Notes: generated by a model not told the origin, from the letters alone. A stretch of 64,000 nucleotides of DNA from Raillietiella orientalis (GCA_036172245.1 JAYWIR010000001.1:558001-622000), one strand, 5' to 3'. Positions 11,889 to 23,823 are shown, counted from the first letter of the stretch. Numbers and translations: made by a program.

Positions 11889-12449
11889 CGGAAGAGGACC
11901 ACGCCCCTCCAGCCTTCCCTGGGCCCTTCCTCGGGCAGACGCTTCTGCCTCGGAGTTGGACACTCTGAGGGGGGGCGCTGGGCCAAACTTTGAGCACTGC
12001 TGCTGCCCCAGCGGTCGGCGGCGAGGAGAGTGAGGCGGCCTCGGGCAGACCCCGGAACCCTCCTGCCTCGCCGTCGACCCTCGCACTGCCCTTCCCGGGG
12101 ACAGGGGCACGGGGAAGAAGTAGGTTGCGCACCAGCCCGCGTGAGAGCGCCTCGGTTCGTGTAGGACGGAAAGGAGGAGGAGGGGGCGAACGCTCGCGCT
12201 CCCCTGCGGTGGTCCACTTTCCGCAGCCTACCGTTTCCAGGCGACGGTGGGCATGGCGCACCCTCGCTGCGGCTGCTGCTGCAGCGGCACGTCCTCGCCT
12301 CCCACGGACTCTTCCGTGCTATGGACCGGACTTTCTTTTTCCTTTTCTTGCTTGTCGTTGCTCCTCGTCAGCCGCTCACGTCTTGGGGTGGAGTGGGGCA
12401 GGTGGGTCACGGCGGCGCCCGCGTTTTACGCGGCGCCCGTTTTGGAGCG

Positions 12450-12810
12450 GATTTCCCAAGGGGAAGGAAGGAGTCACGGAAACGGGTCCTGCCTAGCGGG
12501 CAGATCTGGCATCCCCTCAGGAGTCTTGGGAAAGGAAGATGACATCCCGGAGGCGCACGGAGGTACTCGACCCTACCATCCTGCCGGCAGCCACGAGACG
12601 GCCCTCGGGTGGCAGCTGCAGGGCGTGCATCCCGTTGTCGGCTGCGAGAGACCTCGAGGCCGGGGCGACGCAGAGTGTCTGGGGAGGGGGAAAGGGGGGT
12701 GCGGTCAGAACTGCCAGCTGGCGCACACGCCCTCTGCCCCTTTTCGCCGAAACCAAGAGCAGGTGGGCGATGCCTTCGACTGCCTGCCCCAGAGGTGGCG
12801 TCTCACAGGG
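12450..12810 (-). mobile_element. Eroded LINE ORF2 C-terminal relic
   Basis: Minus-strand PPLGQAVEGIAHLLLVSAK...RQLAVLTAPPF resembles the CxxCG...ETxxHLLxxC knuckle with the cysteines lost. Confidence 0.4.
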
Positions 12811-12899
12811 AGGAAGGAAGACGAAAGGGGAGGAGGACCTCGGAGCCCCGGGAAGGCGTCTGCCCCGAGGCGGGAGCCGAGCTCCAGCCCAGCACCGCG

Positions 12900-12949
12900 G
12901 TCCGCTCAAGCCCAGCGCCCAGTCCGATGGGCGCTGGGCTTGAGCGGAC
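12900..12949. repeat. Perfect 22-bp inverted repeat with a 6-nt loop
   Basis: GTCCGCTCAAGCCCAGCGCCCA (12900-12921), loop gtccga, TGGGCGCTGGGCTTGAGCGGAC (12928-12949). Confidence 0.95.
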
Positions 12950-15250
12950 TGGGCGCTCGCTGGGCGGGGCGGGTGCGCGCCCTCCAAACACACATCCACG
13001 GGGAGGAGGAGGAGGTGCGACAGCAGCAGCACTGCGGGGCCGCCGTAAGCAGGTTACCGTGGCGACCAGCTTCCACTCTGCTCACCGGGATCGCTTCTTT
13101 CCGTTTGCGTATTCTTCTGACCAGCTGCCCTGCCCTTTGCTCCCCTTCCTCTCTGTCGCCAACCTTGGGCGCCGACCGAGGGTGCGACCCCCTTCGCTCC
13201 ATAAGACTTTCCCGCGAGAGAGAGGGAAAAGGGAAGTCCAGAACCTCGACCCTCCTCCTTCCTTCTCTGAGGAGAAAGCCTCCTGGGAGATTACCGTGGC
13301 GGGCAGTCGGAGGGGCTGACCACTCTCACGTGCTGGCCCGAAGGACCTACTATCTGAGGACTACTAAGAGAGAGAGGGCAGGCGCGGCTCAAACGTCCAG
13401 CGCTCGGCTCCCGTGGGCACCGCGCACGCGCGCGGCAGCGTCCGCTGCTGCGCGACATCCCCCCTCCCCCGTCCTCCCGAAAAGCTCCGCTTCGGATGGG
13501 CGCGAGTGTTTTCGCGCCGAGAAGACCCATCGGTTGCCAGGAGCGGCAGCACGGCCCGCGAGGCGCTCAACCCTGCTACCCAGGTGACGTTGGTGACACT
13601 CCCGAGCGTCAACGACGCAACGGTCGCGCGTGCCGATGCGAGTTCACCCCTACAGGGCACGGGCCGTGCTGCAAGCGAGAACTGTCTCGACTGTGCGCGC
13701 CCTGAAGGGCGGGCTCGAGCTGCTGCATAGTTGCGCTCGTCGAGCATTGTTGCCCTTCCAGGTGGCTTCGAACCGGCCGCGTTGCCAGGTTTCTCTGCGG
13801 ACGGCTGTTTCGTTTCCCCGCTTTGTCTTGGCGCGTTTTCGTGCTGCGCACGCGCAGATCGGCGTTTTTGTGCGTGAAGGGGGGGGGAGGTTCGGAACGG
13901 ATCCATCGTTGCGGAACGCATTTAGTCTGACCTCTGCCCCCGGACAGCAAAAGTAGCAACAGCGGAAGGAGAAAAACAGGAAAGCAAAGGTTGCCTCGGG
14001 CAACCTCGCGTGGAAACTTCCCGAATCGGCGCGGACCGGGAGCGCGTAACCACGGAAGCTGCTGCGACCGGCCGGCCGACCACGCACAATGCTGGTGGTG
14101 AGCAAGACGGAAAGCGTCGGCGGCCTCAGGAGGAGAGGAGGGAAGGGTGGATTTCAGGCAGACCGATGGCACCTCGAAGCCGCTACGGGCTCGCCTCTTC
14201 CACGATCGGCGTCAGGCCATCATCCTTCGTGCTCCGGCCCGCGGGCGGGAGCGCAGCATACTTTGCTGGAAGGGGCACCCCGTGACGCTTCTCTCGAGGA
14301 CCCGCCGCACCCTCCATCTCTTTCTCCCCTCCCCTGCCCCTCCTTCCCCCCCCCCCCCGCTGGCTACAGCCCTATGGGAGCAGTGTCACTTCGGCCGGTC
14401 GCGTGAGAGAGCAAAGGCACACGGGTCCTTCATGACGGCGGCGGTCGGTGGACTTGCGCGCGGTACCGGTGCGACATCGCCTATGGCAAAGCGCGGCCGA
14501 ACCCGCCGTCCTTTTTCTACCGCAAAGAGCAGGGGTATCAAGGACCCGGCCTTGCGGCGCGACGCTGGAGACCCGCTGGCGCGTCAACCTTGCAGACACT
14601 GCCACCGGTCCACTGCTCCGAGGGAGCCGCGGGGGCCGAAGAGAGAGCATCACCTATGGCCACCCTCCCTCTCGTCCGTCCGTCCGTCGAAACCAAGGTC
14701 GCGCTGACGTCGGCGTTGGCGGTGCGCCTCGGTTTCCGGAGGAAGGAAAGACAGGAAGAGGAAGGAGACCCTGCTGCCGCCTCGATGGCTGCCTCATCTG
14801 GTGCTGCCACGCGAGACCGAGATCGCGCGGCTCCACCAGATGCCGCCGAGGGGGCCGGGTTCGCCGCCCTAACGGGCCCTGAGCCGGAGGCAGGCTCCCA
14901 TCGCCGTCTCACCCTGGGGTGCCTTGCTTGCTGCTCCCCCAACCTCGGAGGAAAAAAAAACAGCAATCTCCGCGGTAACCGAGTCGGCAGCGGGTTTCGG
15001 GTGTCACTCGCTGATCGGCAGAGGCAGCGAGTGCAGCCTCCAATAAAACTGAATAAATAAATAAGCAAACAAAAAAAAAAAAAAAAAAATAGAAAAGAAA
15101 AGAGGAAGTAGGCCAACCCCTGCAAATTCATCTGCAGAAGGATCGAATTCTTTCGCTGATTTCACGGAAAAAAGTTCACGAGCCAGTAAACCCTCTCGAG
15201 AGAGCACGAGCCAGTAAACCCGTACGCTCCTCTTCTCGCGGGAGTTCGAT

Positions 15251-15305
<55 letters not shown>

Positions 15306-15330
15306 TATATATGTGTGTATGTATGTATTA
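15251..15330. repeat. Compound (CA)n(TA)n microsatellite
   Basis: Read directly. Confidence 0.95.
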
Positions 15331-16188
15331 CATGCATATTTATCTATTCCTGTTGAATTCGAGCGCGGCGGCGCACCCACGGCAGAGATTTTCGCTCTTC
15401 ACGCGGGGACGGGGGTTGGGGTGGGGGTGGAACGGCGCGCCGGTCTGGGTTCGTGTCCTTTGTGCGGACAAGTTCACGTTGGTGCGAATCGGAATTATTG
15501 GTGCCATTATTCTTTCTTTCCCTGTCAGCTACGTGTCTTCTCGGTGCTTCCCGACCGACTGCAGAATCCATCATCGGTCTCCCCTGCCTGCGGAAGCCAC
15601 GTGATTTGAAAAAGCGACGATTGTGATCTGGGCGAAGAGTTGAGATCGGTGCCCTTAGCTATCGTTCGGAGAACTCATGAAGGTCCGGACATAAAAGCTG
15701 GAGGAGGAGAAATGGAAGAAATAGCCGTAAGAAAGGAAAGAAAGTTGCTTATATCGAGAGTACCGATTCGGCGGCGGGTGCATTGTGTGCCTCTGGTTGG
15801 CGGAAACACGGAGTGTTTGGTTTGCCGGCCCCGTGCGTGTGTGTGTGTGTGTGACAAACCCCGTCGGAGGAGGAGGTGCAGGAGCAGGAGGACTTTTGCT
15901 GCTTGTTCGGTATGTGAATCGGACGTGATTCCCGAGGCTGGCTGGCTCCGTGGCCGAGTGCGTGTGTGTGTGGCTCGGGTGTGACGGAAAAAGGGAATTC
16001 GCCTTTCGGAGTCGTTTCGTCTGTGCACGGGAAGGTGCTTGTGCGAGCGGGGCTCAGAATTCGCCTTCGTGTAAGATACGTTTTTTTGTTTTTTTTTTCT
16101 TCTTCTTCTTCTTCTTCTTTTTCTCCCCTCTTCCCCCCCCCCCCCATAAAGTGGTTTTCCCCTCATCTCCCTCTCTTTTCGGCCTCAC

Positions 16189-17056
16189 CTGACGGCGCCT
16201 GTGAGACTCGTCGCCCAGCGCGCCTTGCTTTGTTCGACGTCGCCTCGCAACCGTTGGTGGCGATTGTTGCGACACGGCAACAAGTGCGTTCGCCAGTTGC
16301 GCTGACAACGAAAGCGCACAAGTAATTCGAGACGTTGCCCAATCTGGAAATCGCTGTTGTTTCGCTTTTGCAATGTTTTTTATTTTTTCCTTTTTCCCTT
16401 CTTTGTGCCACCGAGTCTCCCGACCGATTAGCTGTTGATTTCTCGTTTCTCCCCCTCCCCTCCCTTCCTCCCAGTTGAGACATCGAAATTCCTCTGCACT
16501 TGCCTCGCTGCGACTATCGTTCTATGCAAGAAGGCGGGAGGGAGGGAGGGGGGGGGGGCGGAAGGGAGGAGGCGAGGGGGGGGGAGGGGGTTCGCAGAGT
16601 GATCAAGTTGCCGAGATGCATTTCTTCTTTTCGTAGCAAGTGCGCAGAGAGGCGGGAACACGTCGCGGGATCCGGGAGCGCGAAGCGTACCAGGATCGCA
16701 AGAATCTACCAGGCAGCGGTCGCCGTGAGCACGTCCTCTTGCCAGCGCGTTTGATGGGGGGAGCTCGCATTCTGGGGTGGGGGACGAAATCCGAATCCAA
16801 CAAATTCAAATTCATGTCGCCGACGCGGGATGAGGAGGACCCGTCGGGCAGAACGTTCGCGATAAGCGTTCGTTTGGCTGCCATCTCTCACTTTTGCTGG
16901 AAAGCTGCGAGAAGCTTCGGAGTGCAGCCGGGGTGTCTGTGCACGCAGTGCGCCGAATGCGTCGCTTCCCTCTCTGTCCCGTCCTCCCCAGTCACTCGAA
17001 ATCCTTGTCATCCGGATGCGTGATTCTGTATCCGTGATCTGTGATCGTGTGCTGTG
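16189..17056. promoter_or_regulatory. Putative divergent promoter region with a non-coding first exon on each strand
   Basis: Minus-strand donor CAG|GTGAGG after 16189. On the + strand, initiator-like CAGTC at 16989 and donor GTG|GTAAGG after 17056. G-quadruplex motif GGGAGGGAGGGAGGG at 16536-16558. The first coding exon of the RhoGEF has an acceptor at 23060 and needs an upstream exon. Confidence 0.45.
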
Positions 17057-20000
17057 GTAAGGCAAAACGGATCTGGGGTGCACGGACAGGTTGGCAAAAC
17101 TTAAAATACTTCCGGTGACGTCATCGCTTTGGACTCCCGAGTGAATCCTGTTTCCTTCGCTGCAGAGGCGAGACTCTTGGCAACCGGTTTCCGCGGCTCT
17201 TCGTCGCCCAAAGCCTTTTTCCGAGACCGAAGCGCGTGAAAGTGCGTGTTTATTTTTTTCTTCTTTCTTCCTGCTTTTGCTTCGGGGCATCCATCCCCTT
17301 ACATCCGAAAACCCTTCGTCAAGAAACTTCTCACCTTTCCTTTGAACTGTGAATGCGGATCCGGAAGTGCCGTCTTCGCCCCCGCCATCCCTTCTTTTTC
17401 TTCCTCCTCTCCTTTCTGCTTTTCTCCGTTCAACTGTATGAAAGACTGCAGTTCGCGCGCGCTCGGAGCGCCAGTTTCACTTCGTGACGTCAGGAGTGGA
17501 CTTTCTCCCTCTACCGCGTGCGTGCTTCAGGTGACACACTTTCCGAAGACGGTGCGCCTTCGAGGAAGCGTCGCCTCTCGGCGTTTCCTCGGAACGCTGC
17601 CCCTCTGGGTCACACACATCCATCCCCTTGACCTGTTGCAGTGGGCTTCCTCCTTCCCCTCCCTCCCAGCCCGACTAGCTCTCCGCCGACTAGGATGCTG
17701 GAGGGCAGGGAGAAAGCGAGCTCGAAGAGTCCCTCCTTAAACCTTCGCGAGGGGGTGGAGTCCTCAGGACCAGAGGGAAGGGGCACTCGCTTCACCGGCC
17801 ACGACTGCGGCGGCCGTCGCAGCTCTGCGGGGAAAAAGCAGGCAGCGCCACCGTTCCCTAGGAAGGGGGGAAGATCCTTCTTCGTTCGGGAGGAGGGTGC
17901 GGGCAAACCTCCCCGCAGGCTGCACTCCTGCTCTTCCTTCCTCAGCGACGGCGCGGTTGCAGCAGTGCCGTGCCGCCGGCGCGTGCGCTCCCGCGAGGGC
18001 CATGGGAAAGGTCGCGTCCGGTGTCGCGGGCCGCATTCTTTCCCGCGTGTAAGGCGGCGGCGGCGGCGTTCTCTCCTTCCTCATCCTACCCATCTCCCGC
18101 GGCCTCCTTTCGGAGGTCTCCTGCCCTGACACGCGGGGGATGGGCGCCTGTGCGAGAGGCTGGAGCAGGGCAGGCAGGCCCGTCTCCGACCTGCCCCTCT
18201 CCCCTTTCCCGGTTGCGGGCGCGAGGGTCCGGCTGCTGGTTCGGGGGAAGGTGCGGGAAGGAGGGCAGAGACGACGAACGGGACGGCGAGGTGAATCGGA
18301 GGGGGCCGGACGGCGGTGGATGCCTGTCGCCGCCGCCACGAGCTCAGCGCCTCTCGCGGCGGCTTGCCGTGCTCTTTCTCTCTCCCCCGTTCTTCGTCGA
18401 AGAGAACCACCCATCCTCTCCGCCGCTCATTCGAGCAGGCAGATGCGTGTCATCCCCCCGTCCCTCACATAAAAAGAGAAAAAAGAAAAAACGTCGCACT
18501 TCTGATTGGACCCCTCTAGCGCTTTCTTGCCGCGCGCGCTTGAGCGTTGGCGTCCGGGGCGACGGGTTGTGTGCCGCCCGGGGGATTGATTCTCCCCCCA
18601 AAGAAACGAGTCCTGTGCACGCGGGAGGGACTCCGGCAAGGAGTGGAAGGGCGGGGGAGGGGGAATGGTGCACTCTTCCCCACCCACCCGCCCTCCTCCC
18701 ACGCCTGGCGGTGGCGCGGCATACCCTCGCCTATGGGCCCCTATGGGTTCCGGGAGCACTTCGTCCTGCGCGCGCGGTCCCCTTCTGGACTGTCTCCTGG
18801 ACCGTGCCCGCGCGAGGGGTCAGACTCAGCAAGCAGGAGCGAGGGAGGCGGTGGTTGAGGAGGCCCCGTCCAAGGGCGGAGTCTCTTGACTTCGTGCCAG
18901 CGCCCCGTCTAATTTTAACGCCAGTGCCCCGCCAAGCTCTCGCTGCGCTCCCCTCCCCCTCCCTGGCAGTGGGGAGCGGGGGTCGCCCATTTTTAAACGC
19001 TGAGCGGAGAAACTTGGTTGATCGGCGGCGGCCCGGAGGAGGGAGCTGAGAAATTCGGGACCACGTCGCTCGTTCCTCTGCTGTACCCCTTTGCCACAGT
19101 CCCGTCGGGAGGTGGCCCGTCCTCCCTCCGGACGGGGAATGGGAGGGGCTGGATGGAGGGCGCAGAAGCGGGCGCACGCGCGGGCCGGAGAAGAAAAGGC
19201 GAGACGCGCGCTTGCTGGACGCTCGTGCGCAGCGCGGTCGGCTGATTTACGAGCTTTCGGAGGCGCAGCCGAGGTGGCAGGAGGCTTTGTTTTGTCTGAC
19301 GCTGACCGTCTGCCCTGTTCTTGTTCGGAGTCTATTTTTAAGATGCAGCGGCGGCGAAGGGGGGAGGAGGAGATCCGCCGGTGGCCCCTCTGCGCAGAGG
19401 TGTCGGCTTTCCTTTGGGCCGCTTCGTAGAGCCAAGCCTGCCGGCAGAGTGCCGCACTGCGGTCACAGCAACGCCCGAGCGGGAAACCCCGCGCCACCGC
19501 CCTAATGCGCACTTTCTTCTTTCTTCCCTCCTCCTCCTCCTCGGCGAGCGCGTAGTTGGCCTCGAACTAGCCGGTGTTGGGCCGATGGGGGGCAGGAGGG
19601 ATGGGGGGAGAGCGGTGCGGTGGAACCACTGGCTCCTCCGAGCCGCGCGCGAAACAGCAACTCTCGCGCTCCGGTCCCAGGAAGTGCATGCGCGCCCGTG
19701 CGTGCCGCGCCTAACGGGACGCTCCATCCCGGCCCCGGGGAATTCCATTAAGGCCTTGTCCTGAGAGCGGGCGAGCGCAGGTCGCGCGCGGGTTCTTCCA
19801 TTAGGCGGGGCCGTTTTCGGGATCCGTGTGAAGCCAACCTTGCGGAGATCAGATTATCTCATTGCTCCCGATTATCGGGTCAGCTTTTTCTCAAGGAAGC
19901 CTTTGCCCTCCCCCCTCTCCCTTCCACCCGCCCTCCACCGCCACTGCTGCCGCGAAGTCGCCGTGCAACCGAACGATCTCCGCACCAGAGTGTTCGTCGC

Positions 20001-20686
20001 ACTAATCTCCGGAGCGGGGGAGTGAACATGCGTGCGTGCGTGCCCGCGCCACCACCGAGCGGGGCCCCTCCTCCTTCCGCGCGGAGGATCTCCCGTCGAC
20101 CTGCGTCAACGACCCCCGGCGCGAGCCGCTTTTGCGCGCGCCTCCTGCTCCTCCTCGGCAGAGTGGACGAATCCGCGCCGGCAGTCGATTGGCGTGTCGG
20201 GCGCAGAGTAGACCGGACCACGGAAGGGGGGGCGGGTGAGCTGGGGGGCGAGAGGGAAAAAAAAAAAAAAAAAGTCGTGCGACGGCAGCCTCCGCCACCG
20301 CCAAGCTCGGGATTTCGTAGAAGGCTCATCTCGGTCGGTGGTTGCGCGCGCGCACGGCGATTGCCGCCGTTGCTTCGGGCACCTCGGAGAGAAGGCAGCG
20401 GTGATTCACGCGGAGGTCGTTCTGTGGGGGCGCCGCAGCCCCGGTTCTGAGCGCCATCCGTCTTGCGGACCTTCGCGCAAACGACGGGGATTTTCCGGTC
20501 CGGAGGTGACGCGTTCGCCGTTCCACGAATGGCCGGATGTCCAGCGAGAGCGGCTCAGAGCGCGCGAAGGCGCTGCGAATGGGAAAACCATGGCCACCGC
20601 TCCGCCGCGCGATGCTGCGCTTCTCCATCCGCTCGTCCCTCCCCCCGCGTGGCATTTCATCCACGCACTCGTGCGCCAAAAAAAAT

Positions 20687-20738
20687 GTCGGGGGGTGCTT
20701 CTTATCAACCTGTTGGTTGATAAGAAACACCTCCCGAC
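20687..20738. repeat. 24-bp near-perfect inverted repeat with a 4-nt loop
   Basis: gtcggggggtgcttcttatcaacc, loop tgtt, ggttgataagaaacacctcccgac; two non-Watson-Crick positions. Confidence 0.9.
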
Positions 20739-21399
20739 CCCCCTGTTGGTGGACTGTCTCATCCTCTTCAGGGTGAGTGCGTTTCGGAAATGGACGTCGC
20801 CCAGCCGTCTTTGCTCTTGCGGGCGCCTTCGTTCGGCAGAACGCCGGCCCCGCGTGCACGAATCCGGAGGGATTCCCCCTCGGATTCCCGGAATTGGATC
20901 CACTCGTTCGCACGCTCCGCACGATTTCGCACGCGGAGACGCGGCGAAATCTCGCGCCGGGTCAAGCAGACGGGATGGGAGCTCGCGGGCCTCACTCTTG
21001 CCCGCGCCGCGCAGGGAGCGTTCGGCGTGGCGGATTACGCGCGAACGCGTGGCGCGCCCGGTCAACAAGCGGCTCGCGGTGTTTCTCGAACCCTCACGCG
21101 CGCGGGCAACACCGCTGCTCACGCGGGCACACAAGCAGCGAGGGGAGGAGGTAGCTTTCCCGTGGAGCCATCCCAGGTCGCGCGGTGGCGCGGTCAACTT
21201 CCTTCCGCCACCGCACCCTCGACCCGCGCGGCCGAGAGCAGAAGTCCGAAACGGGCACGGCGACAGCTGCCGCGCGTAGGCACGGAGACGAAGCCCGGAA
21301 ATCGGAAAAGACACTTCTCTCAGGGATTTCGCGGGCGTCCCTCGCGGACGCCCGTCGCTGCGCCCCTGCCTGTCCCCGAGGCATCTTGACCTGGATACC

Positions 21400-21790
21400 C
21401 TCCCTCCTCTGCGTCTGGTAAACAAGGAGGCTTGAAGGGCGTCCGAAAACGGCCGCCTCGGACTTCGAAATCTGGAGACGCGTGATGCTGGGCGATGGGT
21501 CGGAAAGACCCGCTGGCGCTATCGTGGTGCACCTTCCGGGGCGAAAGCGACAGCACGTGGGGAGAGTTCCTCCAAGGCGCGGTGATCGCACGTGGTCGGG
21601 TGGAGCAGCGCGACCAGGCTGCGCTTTCCCGGGCGCCGCGGGCGACCTCCGCCCCCGGGCTCCCTCAAGCCGGGAGGAGGGGTCGACTCCCGGGTGGTAC
21701 GGGGCGGCCCGGGAACGCCTCCATTTCTCCCTCCCCCCTTCGCCCTCCGAAACGGGGTCGCCGCTCTGCCACTCCTGGAGCGCGTGCAAG
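21400..21790 (-). mobile_element. Eroded LINE RT relic (domains 0-2)
   Basis: Minus-strand PGKAQPG..., TLPTCCRFRPGRCTT (cf. QxGFRxGRST) and KSEAAVF (cf. AVFLD) occur in the expected order. Confidence 0.4.
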
Positions 21791-23093
21791 CTCGGTAGCA
21801 CGCAGTCCGTTTCCGGGCAACGCGCCGCCTCCGGCCGCTTCCGAGAGTTCTAGCATTCTGGATTGCTCCTCCGCAGGGAGTGCGCGCTCACGCGCCCTTC
21901 CGCCTCCCGCTCGACCTGTCGTCCGTGGCAGCTCGCAGAGAAACTGCTGCTTGACCCCCTGCGGAGGACAAAGGGCTTGCACGTCGCCGGCACTCCACCC
22001 GTGTTCGGAGGACACCAGCCAGGGACGGATGCCCCGCGAGCGGTCTCCTCGGTAGCGGTCGCAGAAACGACTAGCGCGGGACCCGCGTCTTCCGTGGCGT
22101 TCGGAAAGACCCGCCTCCGCCCGCTTCGTCTTTTGGAAGCCCTCCTGCTGATATGGGGGAGGGGAGGAGGGGGTTGTGTCCCCGCGCAAGCCCACGGTTG
22201 GCCGGTCGCCGCGCGCGACCTTGGCAACGGCGCCTCCTTCTCTGCAACAGATGTTCCCTCAGGCCGCGGAAAGCCGCAGGCGGACCGGGACGCGAGCGAC
22301 CTCCAGAGCCGCACGCCAACGAGTGGCGGCGTGGGGGGCGGTGGCCTCTGGCAACCCGCGCCGCACTGAAGGTCATTCGTTGGTCCACCCTGCCTTCCCC
22401 TCGTTTGTCCTGGGATACGATCCCGGCGCCCGGATCACGTGCCTTCTTTTGCTTAGGGGGATTTTCAGCTTCTCGCTTTTCCTTTCGAGGCACCTCAAGC
22501 CTGATCGGTGAAATTTCCTCTTCCTTCTCCTTTGCTTGTCTTCCTTTCTTCTTCTTCCTCCTCCTGCTTTCTCCCTTTCTCCCTTCCTTCTCCTCCTTCG
22601 TCCTTCGTCTTCCTCTTCGCTTCGTTCTTCTCCTCTTCCCTTCCTCTTCCTTCCTCCTCCTCTTTTACTTGCTTCCTCCGCCTCCCTTCGAGCTCCGGCC
22701 GGTCACGTGCTTCGTCATGTCGACGCCGTCCGCCCGCATTTCTCCGCAGAGCGGCAGGGCTAAAGGCGGGCGGCTCTCGCCTCGTCCGGGGAAAGTGGAT
22801 GATGCGACCCCTCCTCGGGTGGGGCGCAGGAGGGGAGGGGGGCATAGAGACGGTCTCCTCGCTTCCGCTTTCGGTCTTCGCGTCGGTCCGTCCGCGTGAC
22901 GGAAGCGCGGCCTCTCTTTCACGTCCTCAGACGTCGGCGGCCGTGAACCGCTCCTGCCCAGCCCTCCCTAGCAGGAGGGGGTGGAGGTAGGGGGCGGCTC
23001 GTGCCTCAGGCGACGGTTTCCCCCTCCCTTGTGAAACACCGTGCCTCTTTTCCTTCCAGGTCCGGGCGATGGGTGTGACGGAGCAACCTCGCC

Positions 23094-23823
23094 ATGCCCA
23101 GTCATCTTGAGAGCACGACCGACACCCCGCCGCCGACGCCTCCGGACTGGGACCCCAGCATCCCCATCTCCAAGAGGTTTTCCCGCTCCTCGGAATGTGT
23201 CCTCTCCGAAGAAGACGCCTTCGCCTCTTCGGAGAGGCTGTTCGGCGTCTCTCCCGGCTGTTGCGTCCCTGAAGATCTCCCGGGAGCGGGCGCTGGACAG
23301 CAGCGGCCGCCGCCGACTCCACCGCCGCCGTCGGGCTTCGTGCGAAAGGCCGTCCTCGGGTTCGAGAGGAGGAGGCGGGGCGACGCGGGCGCGCGCGGCC
23401 GGGGAGCACCGGCCAGCGTGCAGCCCCTCGGCGCGAGCTGCCTCGCCCTGCAGGCCCGGCTGGAGCGCGTCCTGGGCGACCAGAAGAGGTTGCTGGAGAG
23501 AAGATCCGCCGGCGGAGCGCCTCCTGCTCCCCCCCTCCACCCCCCCTGCGGGGAGAAGAGGGACACGGAGACCTCCGAGGAGAACCCCCTCTACGCGACC
23601 CTCGGCGAGCCCTCTTGCGGGGGAGGCGGTACCGCCACCTACCGCCCGGACTCGCCGAAGGACCTCGCCGTCCCCGACCTCGGAGAAGGAGACATCTACA
23701 GCGAAGCTCGCTACCCCTTCTCCCCCTTCTTCGAGGGCGGGAAGGCCGGCTACCTCTCTGGCGAATCCCTCATCACCCCTCCAGCGTCGGAGCAGTCCGG
23801 GAACTACGGGGAACTGGGAGCAG
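23094..23823 (+). CDS. Probable first coding exon of the ephexin-family RhoGEF (disordered N-terminus rich in Pro and Tyr motifs)
   Basis: Acceptor ttccttccag|23060, GCCATG at 23094 with an in-frame TGA upstream, 243 protein-like codons (SEENPLYATL, EGDIYSEARY), donor G|gtaatt (phase 1) compatible with downstream exons. Linkage to the RhoGEF is inferred from strand and phase. Confidence 0.7.

Noticed and set aside
14590..15090. Plus-strand retrocopy ending in AATAAA and an A-run
   Set aside because: No recognisable parent protein or TSD; the same sequence reads equally well as a minus-strand polypyrimidine tract and acceptor.
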